DNA from: Eledone cirrhosa
Taxonomy: Eukaryota
DNA: 64,000 nt
Assembly (NCBI GenBank): GCA_964016885.1
Contig: OZ024740.1
Coordinates: 185,504,001-185,568,000 of the forward strand
Direction: 5' to 3'
The translations under genes and the position numbers were made by a program. The notes beneath the pieces were generated by a model. It was not told the origin of the DNA and did not search any database. It saw only the letters and a program-made list of their open reading frames with translations. Below, piece after piece: positions 37,001 through 49,699 of this stretch; positions within the stretch are counted from its first letter, which is position 1; the number at the start of each line of letters is the position of its first letter.

Positions 37001-37680
37001 CCATATTTACAAGGAGGAGGCTAGCCCACTGTGCAGGATCTGTGGAGAGAGAGAGGAGACTGTGGCTCACATTGTGTCCGAGTGTAAACACCTAGCCCAT
37101 ACCCACTATAAGGGCTGGAGACACGATGTGATGGGCAGGGTGATCCACTGGCACCTGTGCAAAGTAAACAATTTACCACATTCTGAGAAATGGTATGAGC
37201 ATAGGCCAGAGGCGGTGATGGAGAACAATCAGGTGAAGGTGCTGTGGGATTTTAGGATACAGACGGACAAAAAACTGGAACACAATAGACCTGACCTGGT
37301 GGTTGTGGACAAAGAAAAAAGATCGTGTCTGATTGTGGATGTGGCCTGCCCTTTCGACACGAGAGTGCAAGAGAAGGAGAGGGAGAAAATTAACCGATAC
37401 CAGGACCTAAAGTGGGAGGTGAAAAGGATTTGGAGCTGCCATGAAGTCAAAGTGATCCCGATTGTCATAGGCGCACTGGGGACTATCTCCAAAAGTTTCC
37501 AGGGATGGTTAGAGAAAATGGGCCCCTTCACGCTTTTTGGAACGCTTCAAAAGGCATGCTTGCTGGGAACAGCAAGAACCCTCCGATACGTCCTGAATAT
37601 CTGAGGCTGCAGGTAGTGGCTTGATATTCATTCCAACGGACTTTCCAGTTAACCAACATCAATGACTGAGATTCAAGGAA
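34030..37680 (+). mobile_element. Full-length intact R4/Dong-like LINE, family B (copy B2)
   Basis: Starts right after the (AAT)n tail of B1, has a single intact ORF, and ends in (AAC/AAT)n. Confidence 0.93.
34212..37604 (+). CDS. RT + CCHC zinc knuckle + restriction-like (PD-D/ExK) endonuclease polyprotein, 1130 aa
   Basis: WKSPGPDG, YRPITCL, IDYRKAFD, QGDSLSP, FMDD, GGRGL, CRICGEREETVAHIVSEC, RHD, RPDLVV..IVDVAC..K..Y. Confidence 0.95.
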   Translation: METRTSCDRLSPNRCPLAQQQEPDCQPNTADVGGRRRRKGARTNWTKELNRTVMQCYLKSNPKERGYRRRMHNIWNEIGLFKLDEQKLAGQARVIRTNGWISELELEELSRENGLEMAGVVCQTSEPVGNKGEEVLRTEEPPEADNDLNTEINNTWNRDTATEEMNADGLGQDSVDILNLVVDELNNDSGRPMNLRFVDRKKLKETTAKVNTVIPYLEARSLHQCNNILKATANTVRKLLGIKARGNNRQERAEPWWKKRLSGQIGEMRNDIGKLESLLNGTLKNIGTKNRLEIKYKTRSKKLNIIIEELKQRIVAKSAKIRRYENRVSQYKQNRMFDNNQKMLFGQLEGKERGNDLIPGAEKTKTFWRGIWEQDVRHNVQAGWIETVQREIGEQAQQQTDLSITVETLKGQAKKLTNWKSPGPDGVQGYWIKHLTSLHPKLTAMFNDCLVSGEVPEWLTKGTIVLIMKDRIKGNDVTNYRPITCLSVMWKLLTSIVSEEIYHHLHTNNLLPDEQKGCRKKSCGTNDQLLIDKMVMGNCRRRHTDLAMGWIDYRKAFDMVPHSWITKSLEIFRVADNIRQLLGRSMGSWETELTSTGLSLGSVKIKRGIFQGDSLSPLLFVLALMPLTIMLRKVRAGYKLVKGELTINHLLFMDDLKLFGKSEKELDVLVDTVRIFSSDICTQFGISKCGVIVMRRGRLSRSNGIQIPTGEMIKEIDSEEGYKYLGVLEADGIKNKKMKELLRTEYIRRIRSVLKSHLNSRNAISAVNSRAVSIIRYSAGILRWNAAEQKEMDRKTRKLLTIYNMFHKRSDVDRLYLRRSEGGRGLISIEDCVQMEKNNLYKYVTYSKEPMLRTVLKEGTVGQGMSKEEITSRRKSSLKGKSLHSTFFEKTEFRDPQTWNWLRRGDLKKATEGMLMAAQEQALKTKWLKHHIYKEEASPLCRICGEREETVAHIVSECKHLAHTHYKGWRHDVMGRVIHWHLCKVNNLPHSEKWYEHRPEAVMENNQVKVLWDFRIQTDKKLEHNRPDLVVVDKEKRSCLIVDVACPFDTRVQEKEREKINRYQDLKWEVKRIWSCHEVKVIPIVIGALGTISKSFQGWLEKMGPFTLFGTLQKACLLGTARTLRYVLNI

Positions 37681-37708
37681 TAACAACAATAATAATAATA
37701 ATAATAAT

Positions 37709-40700
37709 ACTTTCTTTATTAACCACAAGGGTTTACATAAAGTAGACATTAAGGACAGTACATGACAATACAGGACGGTACAAATGGGCATTTCTGCGTG
37801 TAAAAAACAAAAACAGAGGATGTAACAAAAAAATAACAATGAAAAATTCCCCAAAACGGGGGAGACTTCCGAAGGACATTCGTGGAGAAAGCCCAATAAA
37901 ATACACAGTGACCCTGACCGCAAGGGCAAGTTCCCTCTCCCAGTTTTCCACCTTTAATTTACAGACACATATTCAGAGTACGCCCATTCACTTGGGCCAT
38001 TCTTGCCTCTCTCACCGATCTTTCAACAAAATGCTGGGAAGAGAGTACTTCCCTCTCTACCCTGATTTTCCTTTTCAAATGAAATTAGAAAAAGTTAATC
38101 AGGGCATCACCGAAGAGGTAAATGCTAGTCTTCAGCCCTTTCAAACGTGTCCACCATACTATTTCTTCGATATGGCCACCAGACAGATAAAAACTGCCTG
38201 CCCTTCCTGGCTAAAGGAAGAGGGTGGGGCAATCCTCTCGATGGACTGATGGACTCAGCTGATAGCTGGATCCATCATACACGCGACAGAAGGTGTTCAA
38301 CATAAACCCACAAGTCAGCAATGCTCGGACACTGGAGGAGTGCGTGCAGCACGGTTTCGTCGCCCTGCGCGCATCTCGGACATGCCCGGCTGACGGCACA
38401 TCCATGTCTGTAGAGTTTATCCCGAACTGGCAAAGTTCCTCGGTAGCACTGCCAGGCCAGGGATTTCTGGAAGTTGTCCATAGGCCCCGGCCCGAAAATT
38501 CTTCCGAAGAGATTGGCTAGTTGATTTTCGTCGACGCCTAGAGTTTCCCCAAGTACGTCGTCGCTCTTCCCCTCCACTAATCCTCTATAGAACGCCAAGG
38601 TGGAGTTTCCACGGATCACATTGCGAGATTGGTCAAGGGCTGTGAGCGCCTGAAGACATTCCAGTCTCCAAGCGCTCCCTCTCGGTCTTCGCTTGAACCA
38701 GGACTGTAGCTCCGTTTAGGACACGAGCTGGGTAAAGACGCGTCTAGCAAACGGCGATCACACCTGATCACCGTTGAGGAAGAGGTGGAGGTGTCTTAGA
38801 CTGAGCGCGTGTCTGCGCATCATCATCCACGGCATGCCCAGCCCTCCACGTAGCGGGTGTTGACAGCAGGTGGACTGCCTCACCATTGGAGCGCGGCACT
38901 TCCACAAAAATGGAAAGAGCAAACGCCCCAGCGCAGTCAGGCGAGGCTTAGGACTAACACGACGGTCAGGCGGTAGTAGATGACGGACGCGATGTACACG
39001 TTAGCCACCTCCCTTCGACCTATCTATGTTATTCCCCTTGTTTGAATCTTTTCTCAGCAGCGCCACCGCTCCTCGGCTCACAGAGCTGGGAATTCCCCGT
39101 TCTGTTGCCAGTTGCAGTAGACGTCCGCCAAGAAGCCTCCGAACAAGTCTGGCATATGTACGATGGCAGACCATCCAAACCAGGCGATTTACCCCTTGTG
39201 CGGCCAGTCATTGCCACCCGTATTTCAGCTGCTGTTATCGGCTTTTCGCAACACTCCGCCTCAGTGGCCGAGAGCCGCGGCAGTCCGTCGAGGTAGACAC
39301 TAAAATCCATCCCTCAACCCAGCCCACCGCTGCCCCCGAACAACTGAGCGAAGTGTCGCTGAAAAGCTTCTCACATTTGCCCGGGATCGAGTAGCATGCG
39401 CCCGTCGTGGTCCACCAAAGACCGGATCGTGGCTTTGTTGCCCGACGCGCCTCCGCCACTCGGGCCCATTGAGCGGATTTTGAGAACGCAGCCTTCGTGC
39501 TTTGCATTGAATAATCGGTCAAGGGCCAAGTTTGCCCCAAGTACGTCGGTCGCGATGCCTTTGCTTAGTGCCTCGTCTAATTTTCTAACTAGTTCTCCCT
39601 CTGCTCTATTTTACTCTATTGCTAAAGCCTTACTAAACCTAATGGACTCTAGTCTAATCGCTCTTTTCAGAGCAAACCCCCATTTGTTGTTGACGATGGT
39701 CCCTGTCAACGCGCGCTTAACTAGTTCGCTAATCCCGTCTCTCTAGTCCTTGCGCGCTGTTAATGACGCGTTTAGCTTACAGTAGCCGGGTCCTTGTCTA
39801 TGAAGCCTATCTAAGTCTACCACACAAATCACGAATTTGTGGTCAGTCTATGTTAGATTGAATTGTTGACAGTCTATGTTAGACCTATCTATTTCCCTAC
39901 AAAATACTCTATCTTGATATGATCTGGATGACCCTATGCGGTTTGTCGAAGTCCACATTGGCACATTCGGGAAATCCAATCGGTACCTGTCAGACAATTC
40001 AAAACGCCTGAGCAGGTTGGTGAGGCTCTTGCACCCTCCTCCCCTATCCGCTAATCTCACACAGTCCCAGCGTGCATGTAACATCCCGTTCCGGTCGCCC
40101 ACTAACCCTAACGAGCGGGACGTTCCAAGAAAGGTCTCCAGACGCCGGAAGAAATCATGCCTCCCTGTTCCTGTCGGGGCATAGACTGCCACTAGCCTGA
40201 AAGCTTGCCCGTCTCCGCTGGTCACGTCCAGCACCCCCAACATACCTTCTGGGTCCAGGAAGATGACCCGTTTGGCGAGATCCAAACCTCTCCGAAAAAG
40301 CACAGCAACTCCTCGCCCCGAACAAGGACGACTGGAGGATGCGTACACATCGTAGCCACCGAAGATCGGTGCGAAGGCCCGTGCTCCGGAGATTCTGGTC
40401 TCGCTGATGGCCACCACATCTATGTTTAGTGACCTGAGGTCGTTGAGCAGGTGGCCCTGCTTCCATGACGACCCCAAGCCACGCACATTTATGCTGCCTA
40501 TTCTGAGTGAGGTCATGTTGAAAAGAAGTGGAAAAACATGGGAAAGACCACTTACCTCACTCTTTGTAGAGGTAGGGTTGTTTTTCCATCCTACTCAATG
40601 CTTGTGACCTCCTCCGGAACGAAGTCCTTATAAATCCTCCTGGAGAGGGTTTGTCGGAAGTCTCCGATGTCTTTGGGGAATTTTTGTTTTAGTGTCGTGT

Positions 40701-42138
40701 ACATTTTCTGTGTGATGTGAGTGATTTGTATGTGTGGAGGTGGTGTGAATTTTTGGGGCGTTGTGTAGTGTTTTTCTGTGATGCTGGTGTTGTGTTGGAT
40801 GTAGTGTAATAATTGGTTGTTGTTCAAATTTAATTGTTTCTACTTTAGGCACAAGGCCAGCAAATTTCCAGTGCATTACTGGTACTTTATTTTATCGAAC
40901 CCGTAAGGATGAAAGGCAAAGTCAACCTCGGCGGGATTTGAACTCAGATCGTAAAGGGACGTAACTATGCTGGAAAGCATGGCGTCCGACCCTCTACCGA
41001 TATTGCCAATCCACTCAAATTTAATGCTGTGTAGTGTGTATCGCTTTGGTTGTTTTGTTTTGTTTGCGTTTGTTGTTGGTTTGTTTCTGTTTCGCTTTTG
41101 GTGACTTTTGTGGTGTTGGTGATGATGGTGTTGGGTTAATGATGTTGATGGTGTTGCTGTTTGTAGTGATGGGGTTGGTGATGCTGTTGTGGACGGTGGC
41201 ATAACTGTCCTAACTTTTTTGTTTGTTAGTTTATTTGTTTCCCCCTGTATTTTGTTTTAGGAGGGGGAAAAAGAGGTTTTTTTCTCTTTGGGGTCCTTTT
41301 TCTTTTTTTCTTTTTTCCTGATACAGTTTCCCACTCCTCCTCTTCACAATCTGTCTTCAGTTGCGATAGGTCGGGAAGTGGAACATCCTCCACAGGCGTT
41401 GGTTTTGGTTGTGGCGTGGTGGATGGTGGAGGTGCTGGTGCTAGTTCTGGGTGGTGGTTGGTGGTGGTGTTAGTTTTTCTACTGTTGCTGGGGTTGTTAC
41501 GGCGACTGTTGCTTCTGTTGTTGCTGGTACAGTTGCTTCTGTTGCTGCTACAGTTTATGCTGCCATTTCTGCTCCTGGTGGTGTTGATGGTTGAGTCACT
41601 GGGGTGGGTAAGAGAGGTGGCCTCAACCTTTTAGTCTGAGGTCAGAAAGCCCTTAGGTGGGTTCCTTCACCACAAACGACACATCTAGGTCTTCTACCCT
41701 CAACGGTTACGGTGAGGTGGCTGCCGTCAGTGAAGTCTATTACCTCTGGAATTTTCTCAATGTCTTTTGGTCCGCTTGGATCAGGAGCCCCATCCCTGAT
41801 CCGGACCAGTTTTCCTGCTTTTCTTTTGTCACTTCGATTATTTTCGTGTTGGCCTCGATGCCGGCGAGGACGGCAGCCATTAGCCAGGGAATTTAGATGG
41901 CCGGTGGAACGTGGGTCACCCTGATCTTCACGAGTCTCTGACAGCAATAGCTTGGGACGAGTGTGAAGTCGTCACTTCTTAATTGGGGCCATGGATAGCT
42001 CTCTGGTTTCTTGTGCTGCTCCAAAGAACACCTCCACAGTTCCATATTTCTGCCCACGTCTGATGCGGGGTTATTTTACCCACACATGTCTTAAAGCTTT
42101 TTGTATTTGGGCCTCGGATGCCCGTTCCACTGGGCGTG
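37709..42138 (-). mobile_element. Decayed Tx1-like copy (about 0.8-kb ORF2 deletion near 39020, SINE in ORF1, truncated within ORF1)
   Basis: ORF2 and 3' UTR closely match 2558-6239. ORF1 remnants include VEGRRPRCVVCGEGTHLRAF and VERASEAQIQKA. Confidence 0.9.
40835..41014 (-). mobile_element. SINE inserted in Tx1 ORF1 with an 11-bp target-site duplication
   Basis: TCAAATTTAAT at 40824-40834 and 41015-41025. The body matches 2303-2486. Confidence 0.9.
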
Positions 42139-43037
42139 ATTTCATTTTAAGACACGCAGTGCTCAGATTAAGGAACCACCCATGATAATAACAATTTAAA
42201 AAAAAAACAAATACCCCGTGACCATGAAATACCAGGATGGCGTCCGGCGAGGAATAGCCGTGTCTCTAGAGGAGGAAGCACCCCTCTAGTCTTGGTTGAC
42301 ACTCGTCCTAGGAGTGGTAACCAGAAATGATTACCCCTTGGCGGTTAAGGATAAAACGCAACAAAATAAAGCCAATGTCAAAGATAAAATCTCATACCGG
42401 ATCGGCCGTTACCCGGGTCAAAAAGAACCGCGTCCCTCAGAGAGGAACCAGACTGGGGTCGAAAAATCAGCTAATGGTTCAAACCATCCCATCAATTCGG
42501 AGTTGGACATCTCCCATAACCGGAATACTCCTACTGTTGGGCCTCCATGCTCACCACCAAGAAATCCAAAGAAAAAGAGATAAAAATGGTCAAGAGAAGA
42601 CAATAAATAAGTCCTTAAGGCCTTCTACACTGCCATGTACTACACATCAAATAGATCGAATACAGAACAGACGTATATCAGACGTATAACAGACGCAAAA
42701 AAACATCCTGAAAACAGAGACTATATTGACAGTAACAACTTAGCTAATATACGAAGATATATTGTTAAGAAAAAAAGTTACTAACTGATATAGAAATTGA
42801 TCAGATCAAGCAATTAGCGCAAAGTTGGCGAAGGGAAAATGAAACATGTGTCAGTGGAAACGATGATAAGTTGTAACACTTCAAATCCCAGGGTTAGGGC
42901 GGAATCACTGACAGCAGAACAAATTAAAGAAAGGATCGAAAATGTGGAAGGTGTGCATGCTCAAGATGAAACTCAAAATGGAAAAAGTGAGATCGTCAAT
43001 GATAAAGAAATGAATGAGAATGAACTAGCCGACTTGC
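42139..43037 (+). mobile_element. Family A R4/Dong-like 5' fragment (A3)
   Basis: Matches about 9467-10359, then stops abruptly with no tail. Confidence 0.9.
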
Positions 43038-46000
43038 AGATTAGCAGATGTTTGACACCAACCCACAATTCTGCATTGCCCAGGAACTGGTTTTACTATG
43101 TAGGACGGATTCGGTGGCCTGTAGGGATATTAGGGAAAACCGTCTGTTGGCGCTGCTGTACCTGTAAAGCTGGTCTCAATCTGGAAGAAAGCAATAAAAA
43201 TAATAAAATTATATCTGATGTGAAATATCAAAAGATTATAATGTCACGGAAGTTAAATTACACTTTCCATTAGCTTATCAATTTCTATCGCGCAAATGTA
43301 TTTACAGTTTTCGTTAACCTAATTCATTGCAATGCTAACTTTAGCCTAACAGTAAATGTGTATTATAAATCCGATAAAAGCATGTACATTTCTTGAAAGA
43401 TTTTGATCGTTCATGGCACATTTTATAGTACAGTACCAGTAAACTAATACTAGTGTTGGTTTGAGTTGCTTAATATAATGTATGTTCGCTGAGATTATAT
43501 AAGATGCTATTTGAAAAACAAAATTGAAGACGAAACAAGCATTCTAAAGCTATATTCCTAGAACTACTTGTAAGAATAATTTCAGTCACATATTTTTATA
43601 GTAATATCCTAAATTTTATCTCTGTGTATAGCATAAAATTATAGACCAGTTTCATGTTCTCTTGAAAACTGAACAAAATGTGGTGGGTTTTTGTTTTTTC
43701 TGTTAAAAGGTTCACCTACATTTCTCTATCATTTCTTTTAACTCTCCATCAGACGCCCATCTCTCCTGTTTGAAATGCAATCATTTAAATGTCGTTATAC
43801 ATTTTACACGCTAATTTGTTTCAAATTATAATCGATTTCATGTTTTCTGTCACAAACAGTCCAAACTTTGCTAGCAAATGCAATTATCATTTCAAAGTAG
43901 AACGCGGAAAGAATTTCAATTATATAGTGGGAAGAAATGAGGCATTCAAAGACAAATCTAACGCGGGATCAAGAGGGACACTATACATTTTCAAACTTAT
44001 AAATATGTGATGTCACTTCGCAGAAATTAGATGTGTGAAAATGAACAAGTTATGCTTTCCTAATTGGGCAGGAATATAGCAAATCACTCTAGAACATATC
44101 AAAATAGAATAAAATACCCAATAAAAGCAGTTAGTGTATTACTCAAATTGCTACAAAGAGTGCAATCTAGACGATAATTTACTTCAGTTAATAGTGCATT
44201 TACGTGTGTTCACTTTCTCAACTTAATACCTATATCTATTGGGAGAGTATAAGTAACCTGTACATGACGTCCTGCGTGCGTCAGTACAGCGTAAGATAAG
44301 ATACAATTCCCAGCTGCACTGTATGCATTATTTCAGTGTTGATAACAAAGCTCCAGTTAAGAACTTTATTTTGAAGTAATCGTTCGAACATTGAATGAAA
44401 TGTCTTTCGGTAGTTGTTCCTGCTGCTTCGTTTTAAGTTGTAGATTTAATCTGCGGCTGACTGCCTGATGCTTGGATGGATTTGGTGGAGACTTCTGCAA
44501 GTATTTAGACCAGGACGAGATCTATTGATTGAAAATAACTTCATTTGCCTCTCTCAGGGGTATCGGGGAATCCAAAAATGCCATAGACACTGCACTCTCC
44601 TACCCAAATTATCAGTGAAAGAAATAGGAATTATATTTGCATTCACACAAACGCGTAGCCATTGGTATTTAATTGAGAAAACCATCTTTTAAGTATATGG
44701 CTTTAAATTCAATTACGTTCCACTCCACTTTGGGTGAGTGTATTTGACGATGGGCTCTGGTTAGGTAGAGACATATGAGTGGAATCCGGCAGTTTTCTAA
44801 ATAGAAACTGCGTGAAAATCTTTCGAAGGGATCATTCCAGTTCATGAATGTCAAAGTATGTCGACCGGCTTCCCCGCACAACCTAGCCCTTGGATAGATT
44901 TAGTAAGTATCTGCGCGAAGATTTTGATCTATGTCTCCGGTCAAACGATAAATTCCTCAATTCAGTCTACCAGACTCCAAGAAGTGGGATGAGCTCTGTC
45001 TTTCTCCTCCAAGTCAAGAAATAAATTTTAGAATAAGTAGAAATTGGAGCAGAATCTCGATTTGGGAAATATTTCCGTTATAACTATTGAGAAATGCTAC
45101 GGCAGTAAAGGATAGCTGTAATGAAAGATTTAGATCATGGTTTTTGTATCATAAACGAAATGATATAGTATATATATTTTTGCATGTTTATCATTATTGT
45201 TATGCATTCGTGAACAAACTAGATATGTGAAATATGGAAAGTTAAATCGCACTTGTCTACAACGTAACTATTTAGTGGAGCAAAACAATTGACCTTTGCT
45301 AATAAGAGATCACTGAAATAGGTTGAATTTCGGGATTTAGCACAAAGCCGGCTTTTCCGGTTTTGATTAAAACAAGTGGTTTGGTATTGTAAACCACTTG
45401 CAGTAGTGTAGAACCAACTAATTGTAGAAATAAAGTCATAAAACGTTTTACTAATAACAATTACAGTTAATATTTGATTTTCACTGATCATGGGATGATC
45501 AATGGCAACTAAATAAAAGTGAATACTGATCAAAATTCGTCTTTGTCAAGTAATGTCACATGTCGTTGAATTCAGTTGTGTGATACATTGTTGGTGACAG
45601 TCTCATGAGGGATTCATGCATTGACCGCTAGGCAGAACACTAGGGATTATTCATTGACTCATCGAAAGTTAGTCGTAAAGATGTTTTACTGCACATAAGC
45701 AATGGGATACCATCAATTTCACTTGGATATTATGTTGATATGAAGGAAACATACAAACCCGGATATAACGCTTGCGCAGCCCATGTACACAGCTCAGAAA
45801 AATAAGAATGGGTAGATCAGATCAGAGGAGAGACACAAAATAACGACAAAAGTCGTAACTAAGGAGGTGTCAGAACCATGCAGCAAGAAGTCAGAACATA
45901 TGTGAGTATGTTGTTAGCCAGTATAAATGCTGTTACCTTGCCTATGAGACGACATTTAGACATCCAGAGAAGCAATCGACCACGAAAATAGAAAGCCACG

Positions 46001-46289
46001 TATGGCCAGTGAAGGAGACGGGCGTAAACTTGGAAAATTTCGATATATTAAGACCATATATGAAACCATATATATACTGTATATATATACTTTTCAGAAT
46101 CAGATGAAAACAGAGTTAAATATGTTACTTGATACGTTTGTAGATAGGAGGATTATTTATTTTTTACATAAATATGACTTCTACAGAGCTAGAACTGCCT
46201 CATGTGAAAATAAAATGTATTATACATTTATAAATTTATTATACATTTATAATAAATTAAAAAGATCTTTTAAAAAAAAACAACAACTG

Positions 46290-46380
46290 GTGCGTGTGTT
46301 TCTTATTGGCAATGTGACCCACCCAAAGTATAACAATATCGGTTTCAACACACGTTTTCATATAAAGAATCGTGCTAAAC
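46290..46380. repeat. Repeat 'X' fragment
   Basis: CCCAAAGTATAACAATATCGGTTTCAACACACG matches about 15415-15450. Confidence 0.65.
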
Positions 46381-46407
46381 AAATTCAGAAACGTAATATA
46401 TATATAT

Positions 46408-46445
<38 letters not shown>

Positions 46446-47875
46446 AAGCATTTTAAATGAATTAAATTATTAGTTCGTATATTTTACTTGGCTCAAACTT
46501 TGACATAATTTAAATATATTTTTGCCATTAAATTCAATGAATTTTCTTTTTTAATAAGCTGAAACTTATTTACCTCGAGCGCCATCATTTTTGTTAAATT
46601 TTGTAGCTTATAAATGTTTCATAATTTGGTTCATATTTTATCATTTCTTTGGGCAAATAAACAACTTTAATCATGTTATTTTACGGTCTATCATAAGACA
46701 TTCGAGTTAATATTTAATCTATATCGTATAAGTTTTTAGATTCCATTACAAAATCAATACTTTAGATTTCGCGGTAACACATATTTTTAGACTTTCATTT
46801 ATTTGTTTTCACATTGCTATTCCTCGTGTTATTCTTTGTACACTTTTCGCTTGAAGTACTCTATATTCAAGTCCATAGCTGAGCTGTTTATTTGTGTGTT
46901 GCTATTTGATAAACAACTTAGGTAATATGCAAATCAATGGTTCTTTATTTGCTAACATGTGAGATCATCCCTGCTATTTATATATATTCGCATAATCATA
47001 CTTATTGTGTATCCCAACAATAACATGATTGTTCAGCTGAGTATTGTCATTCAAACGTAGCTCGGGGACTCATTGTTCTCGTACATTTACAGTCATATTA
47101 CAACAGAATAGGTACGTGCTGCTGTCTGCTTTTCCAGCTATATTACATGAATTTTATGATTCCATCTATGTTCCTCAATTTCATGGCTTGTGATATATTG
47201 AAAATCCTTTGATGTTTGAATCAATACAACGCAAAAATATTATGCATGCTCTGGTTAGAGAAAAAGGTTTACAAGCCATCAGATGATACATATCTCTTGG
47301 AATACTTTTATTATTGCATGCAAAAATCAAACGCATATAATGAAATATCAAATAAACCTCCCTTCATTTATTCTATTCAAGGTCACAACAGCAGAAATCG
47401 CATGAACTCCAATTTATTTAAAACGATTATGTTGAATTTCTATTTACTGCGTTTCTAGGCATCACATTAACCTCATTGTATTAGAACTTGCTTATCAAAA
47501 AATATTAAAATCTGCATCAAAGAAATTATATTTCGCAAAATAATTACGCCATACACTAAATAATTGTGGTGAAATCCATTAGAATACAAACTGGTTTTCA
47601 ATTTGAAATATACATATTCTCAGTATCAAATCTATCATTACAGTCTTGTTACATTTTGAAATATTTCTTTTTTAATTTCGTTTATTCTTTTTAGAATTGT
47701 TGTTATTGATGCGTCAGATATTATATTTTTCTTATGTTATATGGACATTTCTATTCAACATAATCCTGATTCCCTTTCTGATATGTTTAACGCTTCATGC
47801 CATGCGTATTAAATCTTGGATGAAAATTACACACACACCACACACACACATACATGCATACATACATTTATATAC

Positions 47876-47912
<37 letters not shown>

Positions 47913-48689
47913 TATATAACAACAGGAAAAAGCTTCAAATCATTTTCAAATGTTAACTCCGTGCATGTATATAATTTGGTCACGTCTTTCCTTTTATTTC
48001 ATTAAATATTTAATTTTTGCGAACAGTCTTTTATATTATTCACCGCAATATTTCTCTGATATTATGTGTGATATAACGACCCTGGTGTCTATTTTGCGTT
48101 AGGAATACTTGCATACATTTGAGGAATTGCACTTTTACTATGAAACCTACAATACATTTTTATTTTGATATTTATGAATATACGTTTTATGTTTTCAATC
48201 TCTTTTATACATGTATGATATCTGGCTACGTTAATGCACTTACACGTTTTCAACACAACTGGAATAAAATACAAGGATGTGTAAAGTGACGCATCAGTTT
48301 TCAGCAATATTCATACAATTCTATCAACTGAGATTAGCGCAATCCTCCACAGCCCACCATTAGCGTATAATAGATCGGTATTTTTAAAACCTTCTAGTTT
48401 TAACTGATATAGGCATCTTTCTCCTTATATCATTAAGCTATGATTTATTACATTTACATCACCATCAATAGTGAATTCCGGTCCACCCGCTGCAAACTGA
48501 TGAAGATGAGAGAGCTTTCCGTGGTTTTACACACATCGTAACATACAATCTTTAGAAACTCAGGCTGCTTCCTTTTCGAGCATGATATTTCAATATTCAA
48601 TATTTCAGTAATCTAGACACTGAAGATATAGAATTATTATATGACTACATACATTTCGGAGTTGATAATCTAAAGTAGAAGTATAGAAT

Positions 48690-48780
48690 TGTGGATTGGT
48701 TGAATTGGAAGATCATTGAACGAAATGCATTGCGATATCTTTCTCGGCTCTTAGTGTTCTGAGTTCAAATACTGCTGTTG
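48690..48780 (+). mobile_element. Old SINE 5' (tRNA-like) head
   Basis: GTGGATTGGTTGAATTGG...GTTCTGAGTTCAAATACTGC resembles the head and box B of the SINE family. Confidence 0.5.
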
Positions 48781-49699
48781 AATGGTTAGGTGGTAGACAT
48801 CATCCACTGCCCAGTTGATCACCATTACCTGGCCTTAGAGAGCTTTTAGTAGAGCGTATTCTGTTGTAAGCATTCGGATCAGGTTTCCAGATTTATGATA
48901 CCTTACATCTCCCTCCTACGAATACACGAATTTCTCAATTGGGTGAGAAGTACTACATTTATCTCCTTCAGTAAAATGTACAAAGAAACGAATTTTAATT
49001 AAGAGTAAATTGTGATGCCCCAAGCGGGCTTTTTCGATGTATGCATGAGATCTAATAAACATTGTGTAGAAGGGAATAGATTCCTCCTCATATATTAATT
49101 ATATATACTATATCAACTTGACCAACCCACATACTGAAATGAATTTTAATCACATTAATACACTTATGATATATATGAACAGGAAACACTCTAATTATTA
49201 TACTGTAGTGTAACTGCTACAGTCCTGCAAACTAATGAAATCACATCTTAATTATTTATACATTACATCTATAATCACTTACTTAACTAATTACTAACAT
49301 GCATGGTATCTGTTTGCCGTTAAAATGGCATAGTCAGTGAGAGTGAAGGGTCCTGGTCAGAGAGACGTTCTATACGATCTATGATTCGTTTCAACTTTTC
49401 TTGAGAAATCTAGGTCCAGCTATTCATGATACAATTGTCAAGAGTGTAGCTATTCGTTCTTTGGTATATTAAATTACATTTACCTTATTACAAGTGATAT
49501 TTACGAAATATTAGATATATATATTCTATCGATTTAAAATCATAACTAATTTTCATTAAATAACTGATTTGAATTAAATGATTTTTATATATTACATATA
49601 TATTAAAACAAATTAAGTAACCAAGCAAAAGCGGGAAGGAGGTAAAGAAAGGCAGATCTGGCTGTATAAACGAATGTACTAAAAATGTCACAAAGGAAA

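Noticed and set aside
44258-44522. Possible minus-strand exon
   Set aside because: All three frames contain stops and the splice signals are weak.
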